Part shown: positions 1 through 9,399 of the stretch, piece after piece | How the letters are laid out: each line of letters opens with the position of its first letter | Position numbering within the stretch: position 1 is the stretch's first letter | From: Myxococcota bacterium | GTDB lineage: Bacteria; Myxococcota; JACRCW01 | Assembly: GCA_040752415.1 (NCBI GenBank) | Contig: JBFMGU010000146.1 | Span: forward strand, 1 to 27,029 | DNA length: 27,029 nt | Direction: 5' to 3' | Translations under genes and position numbers: made by a program | Notes under the pieces: model-generated | Databases searched by the model: none | What the model saw: only the letters and a program-made list of their open reading frames with translations | What the model was told of the DNA's origin: nothing

Positions 1-81
1 CGTTCATCTCGCTGGTGCGAATGCCCGCACCCGCGTGACCTCGTGGAACGTGCCGGCCCCTGGCCAACAGGATGAACGCGT

Positions 82-117
82 CCGGCACTTTCGGACTGCG
101 GTATGAAGTACCGCTTT
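82..117 (+). repeat. REP-like extragenic palindrome (GGACT-GCGGT-atgaagt-ACCGC-TTT)
   Basis: The same core recurs at 26881-26905 (+) and inverted within 26740-26778; it contains a GCGGT/ACCGC hairpin. Confidence 0.8.
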
Positions 118-231
118 CGCTCGGACCGCCAAGATCATCACGCCCCGAATGACCCGCGCCAACCGCGGTGTTGCGCGCGGATGGGCAACCTGTGGTCGTC
201 GGTGCGGATGAGTCGGTGATGGCTGGTGGGG

Positions 232-465
232 TCAACGCCCGACCCGCTTCCGTTCCCGCGGCGTGCGGCCTGTCTCCGCGTGCTCCGCTCCGTGCGGAAG
301 CTCCCGCGGTCTCCCCGCCTCCACGACGTGAAAAGCCGGCCCTTCCCCCTTCAGCGCCTCGTACTCCGCGCGACAGGCGGAGCACACATCCTGGTCGCGG
401 GTGCAGGAGTTCGGAGCGTCACAGATTGCGCAGGGGGAGTCGCAGACCCGGGCTTCAACGCTCAT
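232..465 (-). CDS. Small Cys-rich hypothetical protein (CAIC...CSAC, possible Zn-binding)
   Basis: 77-aa ATG ORF with mostly G/C third positions, 33 bp downstream of the amidase gene on the same strand. Two CxxC motifs; no clear RBS. Confidence 0.4.
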   Translation of the reverse strand: MSVEARVCDSPCAICDAPNSCTRDQDVCSACRAEYEALKGEGPAFHVVEAGRPRELPHGAEHAETGRTPRERKRVGR

Positions 466-498
466 GGCGCGCTGACGGCTCGTCGTGGAAACGGGTGC

Positions 499-1407
499 TT
501 ACGCGCGGATGGGCACCGGCGTGCTGGCGGGCATCTTGGGACGCAGGATGTACAGCTTGTCGCCGCCGCTGTTCTCCCAGCACTTCTCCTGCGCGTTGTA
601 GCTGAAGTCCTTGAGCCACGCGCCGCGGTCCTTCTCGTACGCGCCGTCGTGGTGCGCGCCGGTGGTCTTCATGTTGCCGGTGGCCGGGTCGTAGCCGCTG
701 ATGACCTCGGTGTGCGCGGTGGACTCGCCGCGGCCCGGGTAGTCCAGCACGAACACGTCGCCCGGTTTGATCTGGCTGGGGTCGGTGATGCGGTCAAAGT
801 GCTTGTTGTACGTGGGCAGCCGCTCCGCGTTGACGTAGTGCTCCGTGCCGTTCTCCATCTTGAAGGTGGGCATCTTGAAGCCCGCCTGCGTCAGCGAGTC
901 CCCCACGAACTGGTTGCACTTGTTGTTGTCCTTCAGCCACGACGGGCGGCTCTCCCCCGGCACCTTGTTGCCCGAGAGGTTCTTGTACGGGCTCGTGGGC
1001 GCGTTGGCGTACGCGTAGCCCGCACTGTCCTTGTTGGCGCGGTCCAGCGCCGCGGTGGCCACCTTCTCGGTGTTGGCGGGACCCGTGCTCACCGTCCCCA
1101 CCGTGGCCACGTTGCCGGTCTGCCCGGTGCGCGCCTGCGTGCCGCTCCTCAGCGCGTCGTAAACCTTCCCCGCGTTGCCCTCCGCCTTGAAGCTCTGCCG
1201 GCTCCCGTTGCGGTCAAAGTCGTCGACGAGGTTGAACGCCTTGTCCAGCTCCGCGCCCGCCAGCTTGCCGTCGCCGTCGGTGTCCAGGCGCTTGAGGTCG
1301 GCGGTGGAGACGCCGGTGCCCTGCAGGCCCTGCGCAAGGTTCTGGCTGTTGAGGTCCACGCCGTTCTGCAGCGTGTTGCGGAACTGGTTGCGGGTCACGG
1401 TGGTCAC
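499..1407 (-). CDS. EF-hand-like N-terminus plus CHAP/NlpC-P60-like cysteine amidase (putative peptidoglycan hydrolase)
   Basis: DTDGDGKLAGAELD Ca-binding loop; C-terminal NKCNQFV (Cys), PGDVFV, AHTEVI (His). GTG start at 1407 chosen because GGAGG lies 8 nt upstream (the ORF track starts at 1431). Confidence 0.75.
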   Translation of the reverse strand: MTTVTRNQFRNTLQNGVDLNSQNLAQGLQGTGVSTADLKRLDTDGDGKLAGAELDKAFNLVDDFDRNGSRQSFKAEGNAGKVYDALRSGTQARTGQTGNVATVGTVSTGPANTEKVATAALDRANKDSAGYAYANAPTSPYKNLSGNKVPGESRPSWLKDNNKCNQFVGDSLTQAGFKMPTFKMENGTEHYVNAERLPTYNKHFDRITDPSQIKPGDVFVLDYPGRGESTAHTEVISGYDPATGNMKTTGAHHDGAYEKDRGAWLKDFSYNAQEKCWENSGGDKLYILRPKMPASTPVPIRA

Positions 1408-1541
1408 GGCAACACCCTCCAGGCGCGTCAAGGCGCCGAACAGCCCCGCAATCTAGCCCAGCCCACGCCCTGGCAACAGGTTTTCCCGGGGGGGCGGATC
1501 CATTGGACAGCGACGGTGGGCACGCGCTGTAATCCGCGCCC

Positions 1542-3182
1542 GTGCGTCGGCTGGTTCCGCTTCTTCTCGTCGGGTGGGGATGTCAGCTTCCTCCGCCGGA
1601 GGCGTCCCTGGTGGTGCCGGAGGAGGTGGTGGCCAACCAGCAGTTCATGGCCGACGGACGTGGCTCCCGCGCCACCGCGCGCCCCATTGCCCGCTACCGC
1701 TGGGAGTTCGGCGACGGCACCCCCACGCTCATCACCACCTCGCCGGTCACCACGCACCGCTTTGGCGCACGGGGTGAGCACCAGGTGGCGCTGATTGTCG
1801 AGGACACCGAGGGGAACGCCGCCGTGGCCGAGGCCACCGTGCGGGTGGTGCTGGATTTTCCCACGCCGGACGCCGGCCCGCTTCCCCCGCGTGACGCCGG
1901 CCCCCGCCCCGACGCCGCCCGTCCCGGTCCCGACGCCGGCGTGGCACCTCCCGACGGGGGCCCTGCCGATCCCGACGCGGGCGCCCCCACCACCTCCTGC
2001 ACCGACAACCTGCGCAACGGCGCGGAGTCCGACGTGGACTGCGGCGGTTCCTGCTGTCGGTGTGAACAGGGTCGGCGCTGCGCCCTCGACACCGATTGCG
2101 CCACCGGGGTGTGCGGCGACGGGGTGTGCCTGGCGGCGGGCGGGGTGGGCGTGAGCCTGCTGCAGCAGCCCGGCGCAACCATCGACATGTGGCCCACCCA
2201 CGTCGTCACCGGGCACCTGGATGGGGACTGCCGGGTGGACCTGGTGGTGGGCGGCATGGACACCGACCACGTCAGCCTGGTGCGCGGCCACGCCGAGGGT
2301 TTCCCGGTGGTGCAGCACCTCTCGCCCGCGCCGGGGCACCTCTCCGCCTGGACCGCGGCGCTGGGGGACTTCACCGGCGACGGCGTGGCCGACGTGGCCG
2401 TGCTGGAGCGCGGGTCGCAGCGCATCTCCGTGGCCGTGGGCCCCATCGAGGCGGAGGGCGTGCCGGACTGGCAGCTGGTGTTGTTCACGCGCGGCGCGCT
2501 GGACCTGGTCAGCGGGGACTTCAATGGTGACCACGTCGTGGACCTGGCGGTGACCCATGACACCGCGGTGGGCCGCTTCCTGGGCACGCCGGTGGGGCTG
2601 GTGCCGGTGGCGGAGACCGAGCTGAACGCCGGCGTGGTGCTGCGCGGCGCGGCGGACTTCGGCCTCGACGGACAGGATGAGCTGGTCCTCACCGGGGGCC
2701 TGCTCGAGCTGCAGTTGCTGCGCTTCCGCGCCGACGGGAGCTACGTGCTGGACGCGCTCACCCTCCCCGCCGGGCCGCTTGCCCTGGTCACCGCCGACTT
2801 CACCGCGGACGGGCTTACCGACGTCATCACCGTGGACACTGGCGACGGGATCCACCTCCTGGCCAACGCTGGCGACGGCACGCTGCTCTTCAAGCAGAGC
2901 TTCTCCGCCGGGCTCTTCGGGCAGCAGGCGCTGGCCCAGGCGGACCTGGACGGGGAGGGGCACCCGGATCTCGTCGTCACCCACGCGGGCTTTGACGTGC
3001 AGCTTGTCAGCGTCCTGGCCTGGGACGCCGCGCTCGGCACCTGGAGCCTCGTGGGCTCGTGGGAGACCTGCTTCAACCCCAGCGCGGTGGCCGCCCGGGA
3101 CTTCACCGGGGACGGCCGCCCCGACGTGGCAGTGGCCTGCAGCAGCGGCTTCGTCCTGATGTACGTGAACCTCCTGCCCTGA
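1542..3182 (+). CDS. PKD-domain, Cys-rich, FG-GAP/VCBS-repeat lipoprotein
   Basis: Lipoprotein-like leader MRRLVPLLLVGWGC; PKD motif YRWEFGDG; Pro/Asp linker; CTDNLRNGAESDVDCGG module; repeated GDFxGDGxxDxAV motifs. Confidence 0.85.
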   Translation: MRRLVPLLLVGWGCQLPPPEASLVVPEEVVANQQFMADGRGSRATARPIARYRWEFGDGTPTLITTSPVTTHRFGARGEHQVALIVEDTEGNAAVAEATVRVVLDFPTPDAGPLPPRDAGPRPDAARPGPDAGVAPPDGGPADPDAGAPTTSCTDNLRNGAESDVDCGGSCCRCEQGRRCALDTDCATGVCGDGVCLAAGGVGVSLLQQPGATIDMWPTHVVTGHLDGDCRVDLVVGGMDTDHVSLVRGHAEGFPVVQHLSPAPGHLSAWTAALGDFTGDGVADVAVLERGSQRISVAVGPIEAEGVPDWQLVLFTRGALDLVSGDFNGDHVVDLAVTHDTAVGRFLGTPVGLVPVAETELNAGVVLRGAADFGLDGQDELVLTGGLLELQLLRFRADGSYVLDALTLPAGPLALVTADFTADGLTDVITVDTGDGIHLLANAGDGTLLFKQSFSAGLFGQQALAQADLDGEGHPDLVVTHAGFDVQLVSVLAWDAALGTWSLVGSWETCFNPSAVAARDFTGDGRPDVAVACSSGFVLMYVNLLP

Positions 3183-3297
3183 CGTGACGTCGTCGCCGCG
3201 CCCCCACCGCGGGCCGTGCGTGGTGGTGGTGTGGCCCACCGGTGACCTCGCTAGAAGGTGCCAAGGGGGAAGGAGGGCACGGCCAGGGGAGGTGGGA

Positions 3298-5001
3298 ATG
3301 GGCTCGACACGGCGAGCGAGGGTGGAGCGGACCCAGCGTGAGCTGCGCCTCCAGCGCGCACTCTATGAGCTGGCGCGTAGCGACAAGTCCCGCCTGGACA
3401 CCACCTTGCGGTTCATCACCGAGACCGACGCCCGCGCGCTGGACGTGGAGCGGGTGGGGGTCTGGTTCTTCGACGACAACCGGAGCGCCATCCGCTGCCA
3501 CGACTGCTTCCGCCTGCAGCCCGGTCAGCACCTGGCGGGCACGCAGCTCCTGGCCCGGGAGTATCCCCGCTACTTCCACGCGCTCGAGGAGCAGCGCACC
3601 CTGGCCGCGCACGACGCCGTGCACGACGACCGCACCCGCGAGTTCGCCGACGCCTACCTGCGACCGAACGCCATCACCTCCATGCTGGACGTGCCGGTGT
3701 GGCGGGGCGGCAAGATGGTGGGGATTGTCTGCCACGAGCACGTGGGACTGCCGCGGGTCTGGACCCTCGACGAGCAGGACTTCGCCGCGTCGGTGGCGGA
3801 CATGGTGTCGTTGGCGCTGGAGGCCTCCGAGCGGGCCCGCGCCGAGGCGGAGCGGGAGCAGCTCCTGGTCCAGCTGGGGGAGGAACGGCAGCGCCTGGAG
3901 CAGGTGTTGCGCCAGCTGCCTTCCGGCGTGGTGATTGGCGACCGGGCCACGCACCGGGTGGTGTTCGCCAACGCCGCGAGCGAGCAGATCTGGCAGCGTC
4001 CGTTCACACCGGGACAGGACCTGGACACCTACCGGCTGGGAGACATCCGGCGGCCCGGTGGCCAGTCCTATGGAGCGGGTGAGCTGCCGCTGGCGCGGGC
4101 CACGCGGACCGGTGAAATGATCGTGAGGGAGGAGCTCCAACTCCGTCGTGGCGACGGGACCTGGGCCTGCTGCGAGGTCAACGCGGCGCCCATCCGCGAC
4201 GCGCAGGGCCAGATTGTGGCCGGCGTGGTGGCCTACACCGACATCACCGACCGCAAGCAGATGGAGCGGCAGCTGGAGGAGGCGGCCCGGATGCGGGAGC
4301 GCTTCATGGGCATCCTGGGCCATGACCTGCGGACCCCCCTCACCGTGATCCTCATGTGCACCCACCTGCTGCAGCGCATGGCGGTGGACGCGGAACGGCC
4401 GCTGCTGCAGCGCATCGAGGCCAACGCCCGACGCATGGAGCGCCTGGTCCGCGACCTGCTGGATCTCACCCGCATCCGCGCGGGCGGGATTCCCGTGGTG
4501 CCCAAGGCCATGAACCTGGTGGAGAGCTGTCACGCCGTGGTGGAGGAGGCGCGCGCGGCCCATCCCGGACAGGAGATCCGCCTGGAGGTGGAAGGCGACT
4601 GTCACGGCGTGTGGGATCCCGACCGCCTCACGCAGGTGGTCTCCAACCTGGTGAGCAACGCGCTCAACCACGGGCTGCCGGGCGGGCGCATCTCCGTGGT
4701 GCTCCACGGCGAGGCCACGTCGGTGGTGCTGGAGGTCCACAACGAGGGCGCCCCCATCCCGCCCACGTTGTTGCCCCACCTGTTCGAGCCGTTCCGGCGG
4801 GCCCGCGAGCCGGCGCCGTCGTCGGCAGACAGCGGGCTCGGGCTCGGCCTGTACATCGTGCGGGAGATTGTGCAGGCCCACGGCGGCGAGGTGTCGGTCC
4901 GCTCCAGCGCGGAGGCCGGCACCACCTTCACCGTGCGGCTGCCCCGTCGCGCCGAGCACCGCCCCGGCCCCCGGGAGGCGCGCCACCCCTTGACGGTGTG
5001 A
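3298..5001 (+). CDS. GAF-PAS sensor histidine kinase
   Basis: GAF (SMLDVPV..GIVCHEH), PAS/PAC (DITDRK), H-box LGHDLRTPL, N-box NLVSNA, G2 box GLGLGLYIV. ATG at 3298 follows GGAGG. Confidence 0.92.
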   Translation: MGSTRRARVERTQRELRLQRALYELARSDKSRLDTTLRFITETDARALDVERVGVWFFDDNRSAIRCHDCFRLQPGQHLAGTQLLAREYPRYFHALEEQRTLAAHDAVHDDRTREFADAYLRPNAITSMLDVPVWRGGKMVGIVCHEHVGLPRVWTLDEQDFAASVADMVSLALEASERARAEAEREQLLVQLGEERQRLEQVLRQLPSGVVIGDRATHRVVFANAASEQIWQRPFTPGQDLDTYRLGDIRRPGGQSYGAGELPLARATRTGEMIVREELQLRRGDGTWACCEVNAAPIRDAQGQIVAGVVAYTDITDRKQMERQLEEAARMRERFMGILGHDLRTPLTVILMCTHLLQRMAVDAERPLLQRIEANARRMERLVRDLLDLTRIRAGGIPVVPKAMNLVESCHAVVEEARAAHPGQEIRLEVEGDCHGVWDPDRLTQVVSNLVSNALNHGLPGGRISVVLHGEATSVVLEVHNEGAPIPPTLLPHLFEPFRRAREPAPSSADSGLGLGLYIVREIVQAHGGEVSVRSSAEAGTTFTVRLPRRAEHRPGPREARHPLTV

Positions 5002-5068
5002 ACGCCGCCCACCCCCTTGTCGCCGCGCCACACCTCCCGCATCCTGCGCCTCCACGACGAGGAATCCC

Positions 5069-6589
5069 ATGCTCCCCACGCGGACCCGCCGCCACGCCCT
5101 TGCGCTCTGTCTCCTGGCGTGGAGCAGCGCCTGCACATCCTCCCGCACCCCGCCCGCACCTCCCGCGTCGCGGGCACCCGCGCTGGAAGCCTCCGCTCCC
5201 GGCGCGCTCGACGCCGTGGTGCGCGGCAAGGTCCGCGTGGCGGGGAGCCTGGCGACGGGAAGGGTGCGGGGAAGGTTGGCGGTGGCGTGGGCCACGGCGG
5301 AGGAGGCCCGTGCTCTCTCGTCGGGGAAGGCGGACTTCCACCTGCTGGCGGACCTGTTTGGCCGCTACCGCAGCGCGGGCGAGGTGGAGCTTGGTGCGGG
5401 GGCGGAGGCGCCCTACCAGCTCGCGGTGCCGGCGGGTGACGTCGTGGTGTTTGCGCTGCTGGATGTGGCCGGGCAGTTCGCGCGCAGCCTCATCAAGGGC
5501 GACGTGGCGGGGAACCTCACCGGCCAGTCCCTCTCCCCGGTGCGGCTGGCGCGCGGTGGCACCGCGGAGCACGACGTGGAGCTCACCGCGGCGCAGCGCG
5601 CGCGCGGGGGACCGGACCCGTGTACCGGGGAGCGCTTCCAACGCGTCGAGCTCGACGAGCCCGCGCTGGCGGGTCGCGTGCGCAACGCCACCACCCGCCG
5701 CTTCTGCATCTACCTGCCGCCCTCGTGGCGCCCGGGCACCACCCGACGCTGGCCCGTGGCCTACCTGCTCCCCGGGCTCATGAGCGCGGAGACCGCGCGG
5801 TTCGGCTGGCCCCATGCCGGGCGCATCGCCGACTCGCTTGCCGACGAGACCGGGCGCGAGCTGATCCTGGTGGGCGTGGATACCTCGTCGGCGCTGGGGA
5901 GCACCTACCTCGTCGACTCGCCCACCACCGGCGCGTGGGAGACGTTCTTCACCCAGCGCATGGTGCGGGAGCTGGATGCCACGCTGCCCACGTTGGCCAC
6001 GTCGAGCGCGCGGGTCCTGGTGGGCCACTCCACCGGCGGATTCAACGCCATGGTCATGGCCCTGCGGCACCCGGAGGTGTTCGGCGCGGCGGTGGCGTCG
6101 TCGCCGGACGGGTTGGACCTGGAGGCGTGGATGCGTGAGCCCCACACGCAACAGGCCATCCCGCTCGCGGTGCGGTGGATGCGCGTGGAGGATGAGCTCG
6201 GGGGCGGGGGTCAGTTCAGCAGCTACGGCGGGGACTTCTCGCCGGATGACAGCCCGCGCGGCTTTGCCTGGCCCATTGATTTGACGACGGGAACGCTGGT
6301 GGAGCCGGCGTGGTCGCGCTGGATGGCGCACAGCCCCGCGGTGCTGCTGCGGGAGGAGCGCGTGCGGGCGGGCGCGCGGGAGCGGCTCAGCGGGCGCATC
6401 CTGCTGATGGTGGGCCGCCAGGATGAGTTCGGCCTGCATCCCCCCACCGAGCTGTTCAGCCACCAGCTCACCCGTGAAGGCGTGGCGCATGAGCTGGTGG
6501 TCGACGAGGGTGGGCACCACCTGGGTGAGGTAAAGCTGCGCGCCCAGCTCAAGTGGGCGTTGGGGAAGCTGGACGCGGCGCGGGAGTGA
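5069..6589 (+). CDS. Lipoprotein alpha/beta-hydrolase (putative esterase family)
   Basis: Leader ending LLAWSSAC; IYLPPS..WPVAYLLPG; nucleophile elbow GHSTGG; C-terminal GGHH. Confidence 0.85.
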   Translation: MLPTRTRRHALALCLLAWSSACTSSRTPPAPPASRAPALEASAPGALDAVVRGKVRVAGSLATGRVRGRLAVAWATAEEARALSSGKADFHLLADLFGRYRSAGEVELGAGAEAPYQLAVPAGDVVVFALLDVAGQFARSLIKGDVAGNLTGQSLSPVRLARGGTAEHDVELTAAQRARGGPDPCTGERFQRVELDEPALAGRVRNATTRRFCIYLPPSWRPGTTRRWPVAYLLPGLMSAETARFGWPHAGRIADSLADETGRELILVGVDTSSALGSTYLVDSPTTGAWETFFTQRMVRELDATLPTLATSSARVLVGHSTGGFNAMVMALRHPEVFGAAVASSPDGLDLEAWMREPHTQQAIPLAVRWMRVEDELGGGGQFSSYGGDFSPDDSPRGFAWPIDLTTGTLVEPAWSRWMAHSPAVLLREERVRAGARERLSGRILLMVGRQDEFGLHPPTELFSHQLTREGVAHELVVDEGGHHLGEVKLRAQLKWALGKLDAARE

Positions 6590-6968
6590 GCGGGTCTCCC
6601 ACGCGCAAGGCCTGCGCGGCGGTTCACCGCGTTGTTTCTGAACCTGGCGGAGGCGGACGTTACATGGCCCGGGCAGGCGACCCCCCGCGTTCTCCCGAGG
6701 ACCAACGTCCTGCGGACCGGGATGCCGGCCTGACCTGTGGGGCACGACAGCCATCTGCCGTCCGCCACCCACCATCATTCCCAACGTCAGGCGTGGTGTC
6801 CCTCCCACGGGGCGCCTGCTGCGCTCCAGCGTGACCTCGCGGGCTGCCACGCCGACGGCGCGGAGGCTTCCGGCCGCATCAAGCCCAGTTTAGCCCCAAG
6901 CGAAGTGGCCACGAAGCATCCCTGAACATCCCGAAGTCCACGCGCATTCACCACGAGGAGGTTCGAAG

Positions 6969-9365
6969 ATGGGGGTTCCCAAGAAGAGGTTTGTCCGACT
7001 GGCCTCCCTGGCCTCCGCCCTGGGAGCCGGAGGAGTCCTGGTCTCCGTCCTGTTGGCGGGCGGCGGCGTCACCGCGCAGTCACCCACGTTGGACCCGGCG
7101 GCGGTGCGGGCCGCGGCGTTCGAGGCGGGGTTGGATTCGCTGGGCAACGTGGTGATCCAGGACCCGGGCGGCCTCACCGACTTCGTGCGCACGGGCAACG
7201 GTCCGGGAGGCATCGACCCGGCGGCCCGGCAGGCGCTCATCCAGCTGGGCAAGGCCTTCTTCTGGGACCGCCAGGTGGGTAGCGACGGGCAGGCGTGCGG
7301 CTCCTGTCACTTCGTGGCGTTCGCCGACAACCGCACCCGGAACCAGCTCAGCCCCGCGCTGCGCAACACCGATCCCCAGGAACGCGTCACCTTCGACGCC
7401 ATGTTCACCGGCTCGGTGGGCCCCAACAACGAAGTGTTCGCCGCCGACTTCCCGTTCCACCGCATGGAAGACCCGCTGGAGGAGAACTACCTGGAGCGCG
7501 ACGTCTCCTTTGACACCGACGACGTCATGTCCTCCCAGGGCGTGTTCGCCGCGGTGTTCGCCAACGTGCCCCCGCCCAACGTGATGGTCGACGAGGCCAC
7601 CCCCATCACCGACCCGGACGGATTCCAGATTGACCTGGATCCCGGGCCGGGCACCAACCTGGTCAACACGCGGCGGGTGGAGCCGCGCAACACGCCCAGC
7701 AACATCAATGCGCTGTTCAACTTCCACAACTTCTGGGATGGCCGCGCCAGCTTCTTCTTCAACGGCGTGGACGTGATCGGCCCGCTGTCGACGGCGCCGT
7801 TCCTGTGGTCCAACACCGGCGGCTCCCTGACCCAGGTGCCGGTGGACGCGTTGGGGGTGCTGAGTCAGGGCAGCCTGGCCTCGCAGGCCGTGGGACCGCC
7901 GGTCAACCGCGAGGAGATGTCCTTCATCGGCCGGACCCTGAAGGACGTGGGCCGCAAGCTGCTGCAGGGACCCACGCCGTACTCGTCCTATCCTTACACC
8001 ACGCCGGTGGACTCCCTGGACGCCACGCAGACCCGTCGGCCGCTCCAGTTCCAGGAGGTCGACGACACCGACAGCCATCTTTCCGAGCAGCTCCTGGGGG
8101 AGGACGTGGACCGGCTGGGCGCGGACGGCCTGGAGATCACCTTCCCCACCGCCACCATCGCCGCCAACTTCCCCGACACGGTGTTCCCGACGGGCATCAC
8201 CGCCAACATGCCCATGTACCAGGCGCTCATCCAGATCGCGTTCCAGCCGCGGTGGTGGAACGCGCCCACCACCGGCGTCATCGACCCCCAGCTCGGCGGA
8301 GAGCAGCAGGAGCGCATTGGCGGCTACACCTTGATGGAGCAGAACTTCGCGCTGTTCTACGGCATCGCGGTCCAGGTGTACGAGATGTCGCTGCGCGCGG
8401 ACCGCACGCCGTTCGACCTGTTCATGGAAGGTGATGACACCTACGGCGCCACCGGCAAGGGCGCCGCGTTCGGCATCACCGACGAGGAGCTGCTGCAGGC
8501 GCGCCTCCGTGGCCTGCTCACCTTCATCAAGACCGACCAGTTCTTCCAGCAGCAGGATCCCATCTTCAACGGCATCCGGGACGGCAATTGCATCTTCTGT
8601 CACGGCGGTCCGGAGCTGACCAACGCCTCGCTCGCCGGCCTCGCGGAGGTCGAGTTCGAGATTGAAGTCCAGCTCGACCATGGCCGGCTGGTGCGGGAGT
8701 TCAACCACCTGGGCCTGGAGGAGGATGCGTTCGCCAACATCGGCGTGCGCCCCTCGCGCGAGGACCTGGCCCGCACCGGGAAGGAGAACGGCTTCACCCT
8801 CTCGTCGGTCGAGGCGTTCCTCCAGGGCACTCCCGGCGCGGTGCCGCCGCCGCGGGTGGTGGTGTCGCCCAATCCCTTCCGGACCCTGGACGACGGCGCC
8901 TTCAAGGTCCCGTTGCTGCGCAACGTGGAGCTCACCGGGCCCTACTTCCACAACGGCGGACAGCTCACCCTGGCCCAGGTGGTGCAGTTCTACATCCGCA
9001 CGGGAGACTTTGCCGACGTCAACGTCAAGGACGTGGAGCCCAACCTCGCCGAGGACCTCATCCAGATCGAGGAGCCCGACACGCCCTTCCTGGTCCACTT
9101 CCTCCTCTCACTCACCGACGAGCGGGTGCGCTTCGAGCAGGCGCCCTTCGACCACCCGGAGATCGACGTCCCCAATGGTCACCCCGCCGCAAGCCAGCTC
9201 CTGACCACCGGCGTCACGGTGGCCGCGGATGACCTGCTGAACATCACCGCGGTGGGGGCCGCGGGACGGGTGGCGCCCAATCCCAACTTCCTGGGCGTCT
9301 CCAGCACCCCGGTGGCCGGCGACAGCAACGACCACTTCGACCCTCAGCCCACCGTGCTGCCGTGA
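6969..9365 (+). CDS. Secreted di-heme cytochrome c peroxidase / MauG-superfamily enzyme
   Basis: Signal peptide; two CxxCH motifs (CGSCH, CIFCH); RNTPS, FWDGRA, FKVPLLRNVELTGPYFHNG. GAGGAGG RBS upstream. Confidence 0.9.
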   Translation: MGVPKKRFVRLASLASALGAGGVLVSVLLAGGGVTAQSPTLDPAAVRAAAFEAGLDSLGNVVIQDPGGLTDFVRTGNGPGGIDPAARQALIQLGKAFFWDRQVGSDGQACGSCHFVAFADNRTRNQLSPALRNTDPQERVTFDAMFTGSVGPNNEVFAADFPFHRMEDPLEENYLERDVSFDTDDVMSSQGVFAAVFANVPPPNVMVDEATPITDPDGFQIDLDPGPGTNLVNTRRVEPRNTPSNINALFNFHNFWDGRASFFFNGVDVIGPLSTAPFLWSNTGGSLTQVPVDALGVLSQGSLASQAVGPPVNREEMSFIGRTLKDVGRKLLQGPTPYSSYPYTTPVDSLDATQTRRPLQFQEVDDTDSHLSEQLLGEDVDRLGADGLEITFPTATIAANFPDTVFPTGITANMPMYQALIQIAFQPRWWNAPTTGVIDPQLGGEQQERIGGYTLMEQNFALFYGIAVQVYEMSLRADRTPFDLFMEGDDTYGATGKGAAFGITDEELLQARLRGLLTFIKTDQFFQQQDPIFNGIRDGNCIFCHGGPELTNASLAGLAEVEFEIEVQLDHGRLVREFNHLGLEEDAFANIGVRPSREDLARTGKENGFTLSSVEAFLQGTPGAVPPPRVVVSPNPFRTLDDGAFKVPLLRNVELTGPYFHNGGQLTLAQVVQFYIRTGDFADVNVKDVEPNLAEDLIQIEEPDTPFLVHFLLSLTDERVRFEQAPFDHPEIDVPNGHPAASQLLTTGVTVAADDLLNITAVGAAGRVAPNPNFLGVSSTPVAGDSNDHFDPQPTVLP

Positions 9366-9399
9366 GCCGACGGAAGACCGGATACGGAAGGGACCTTTC

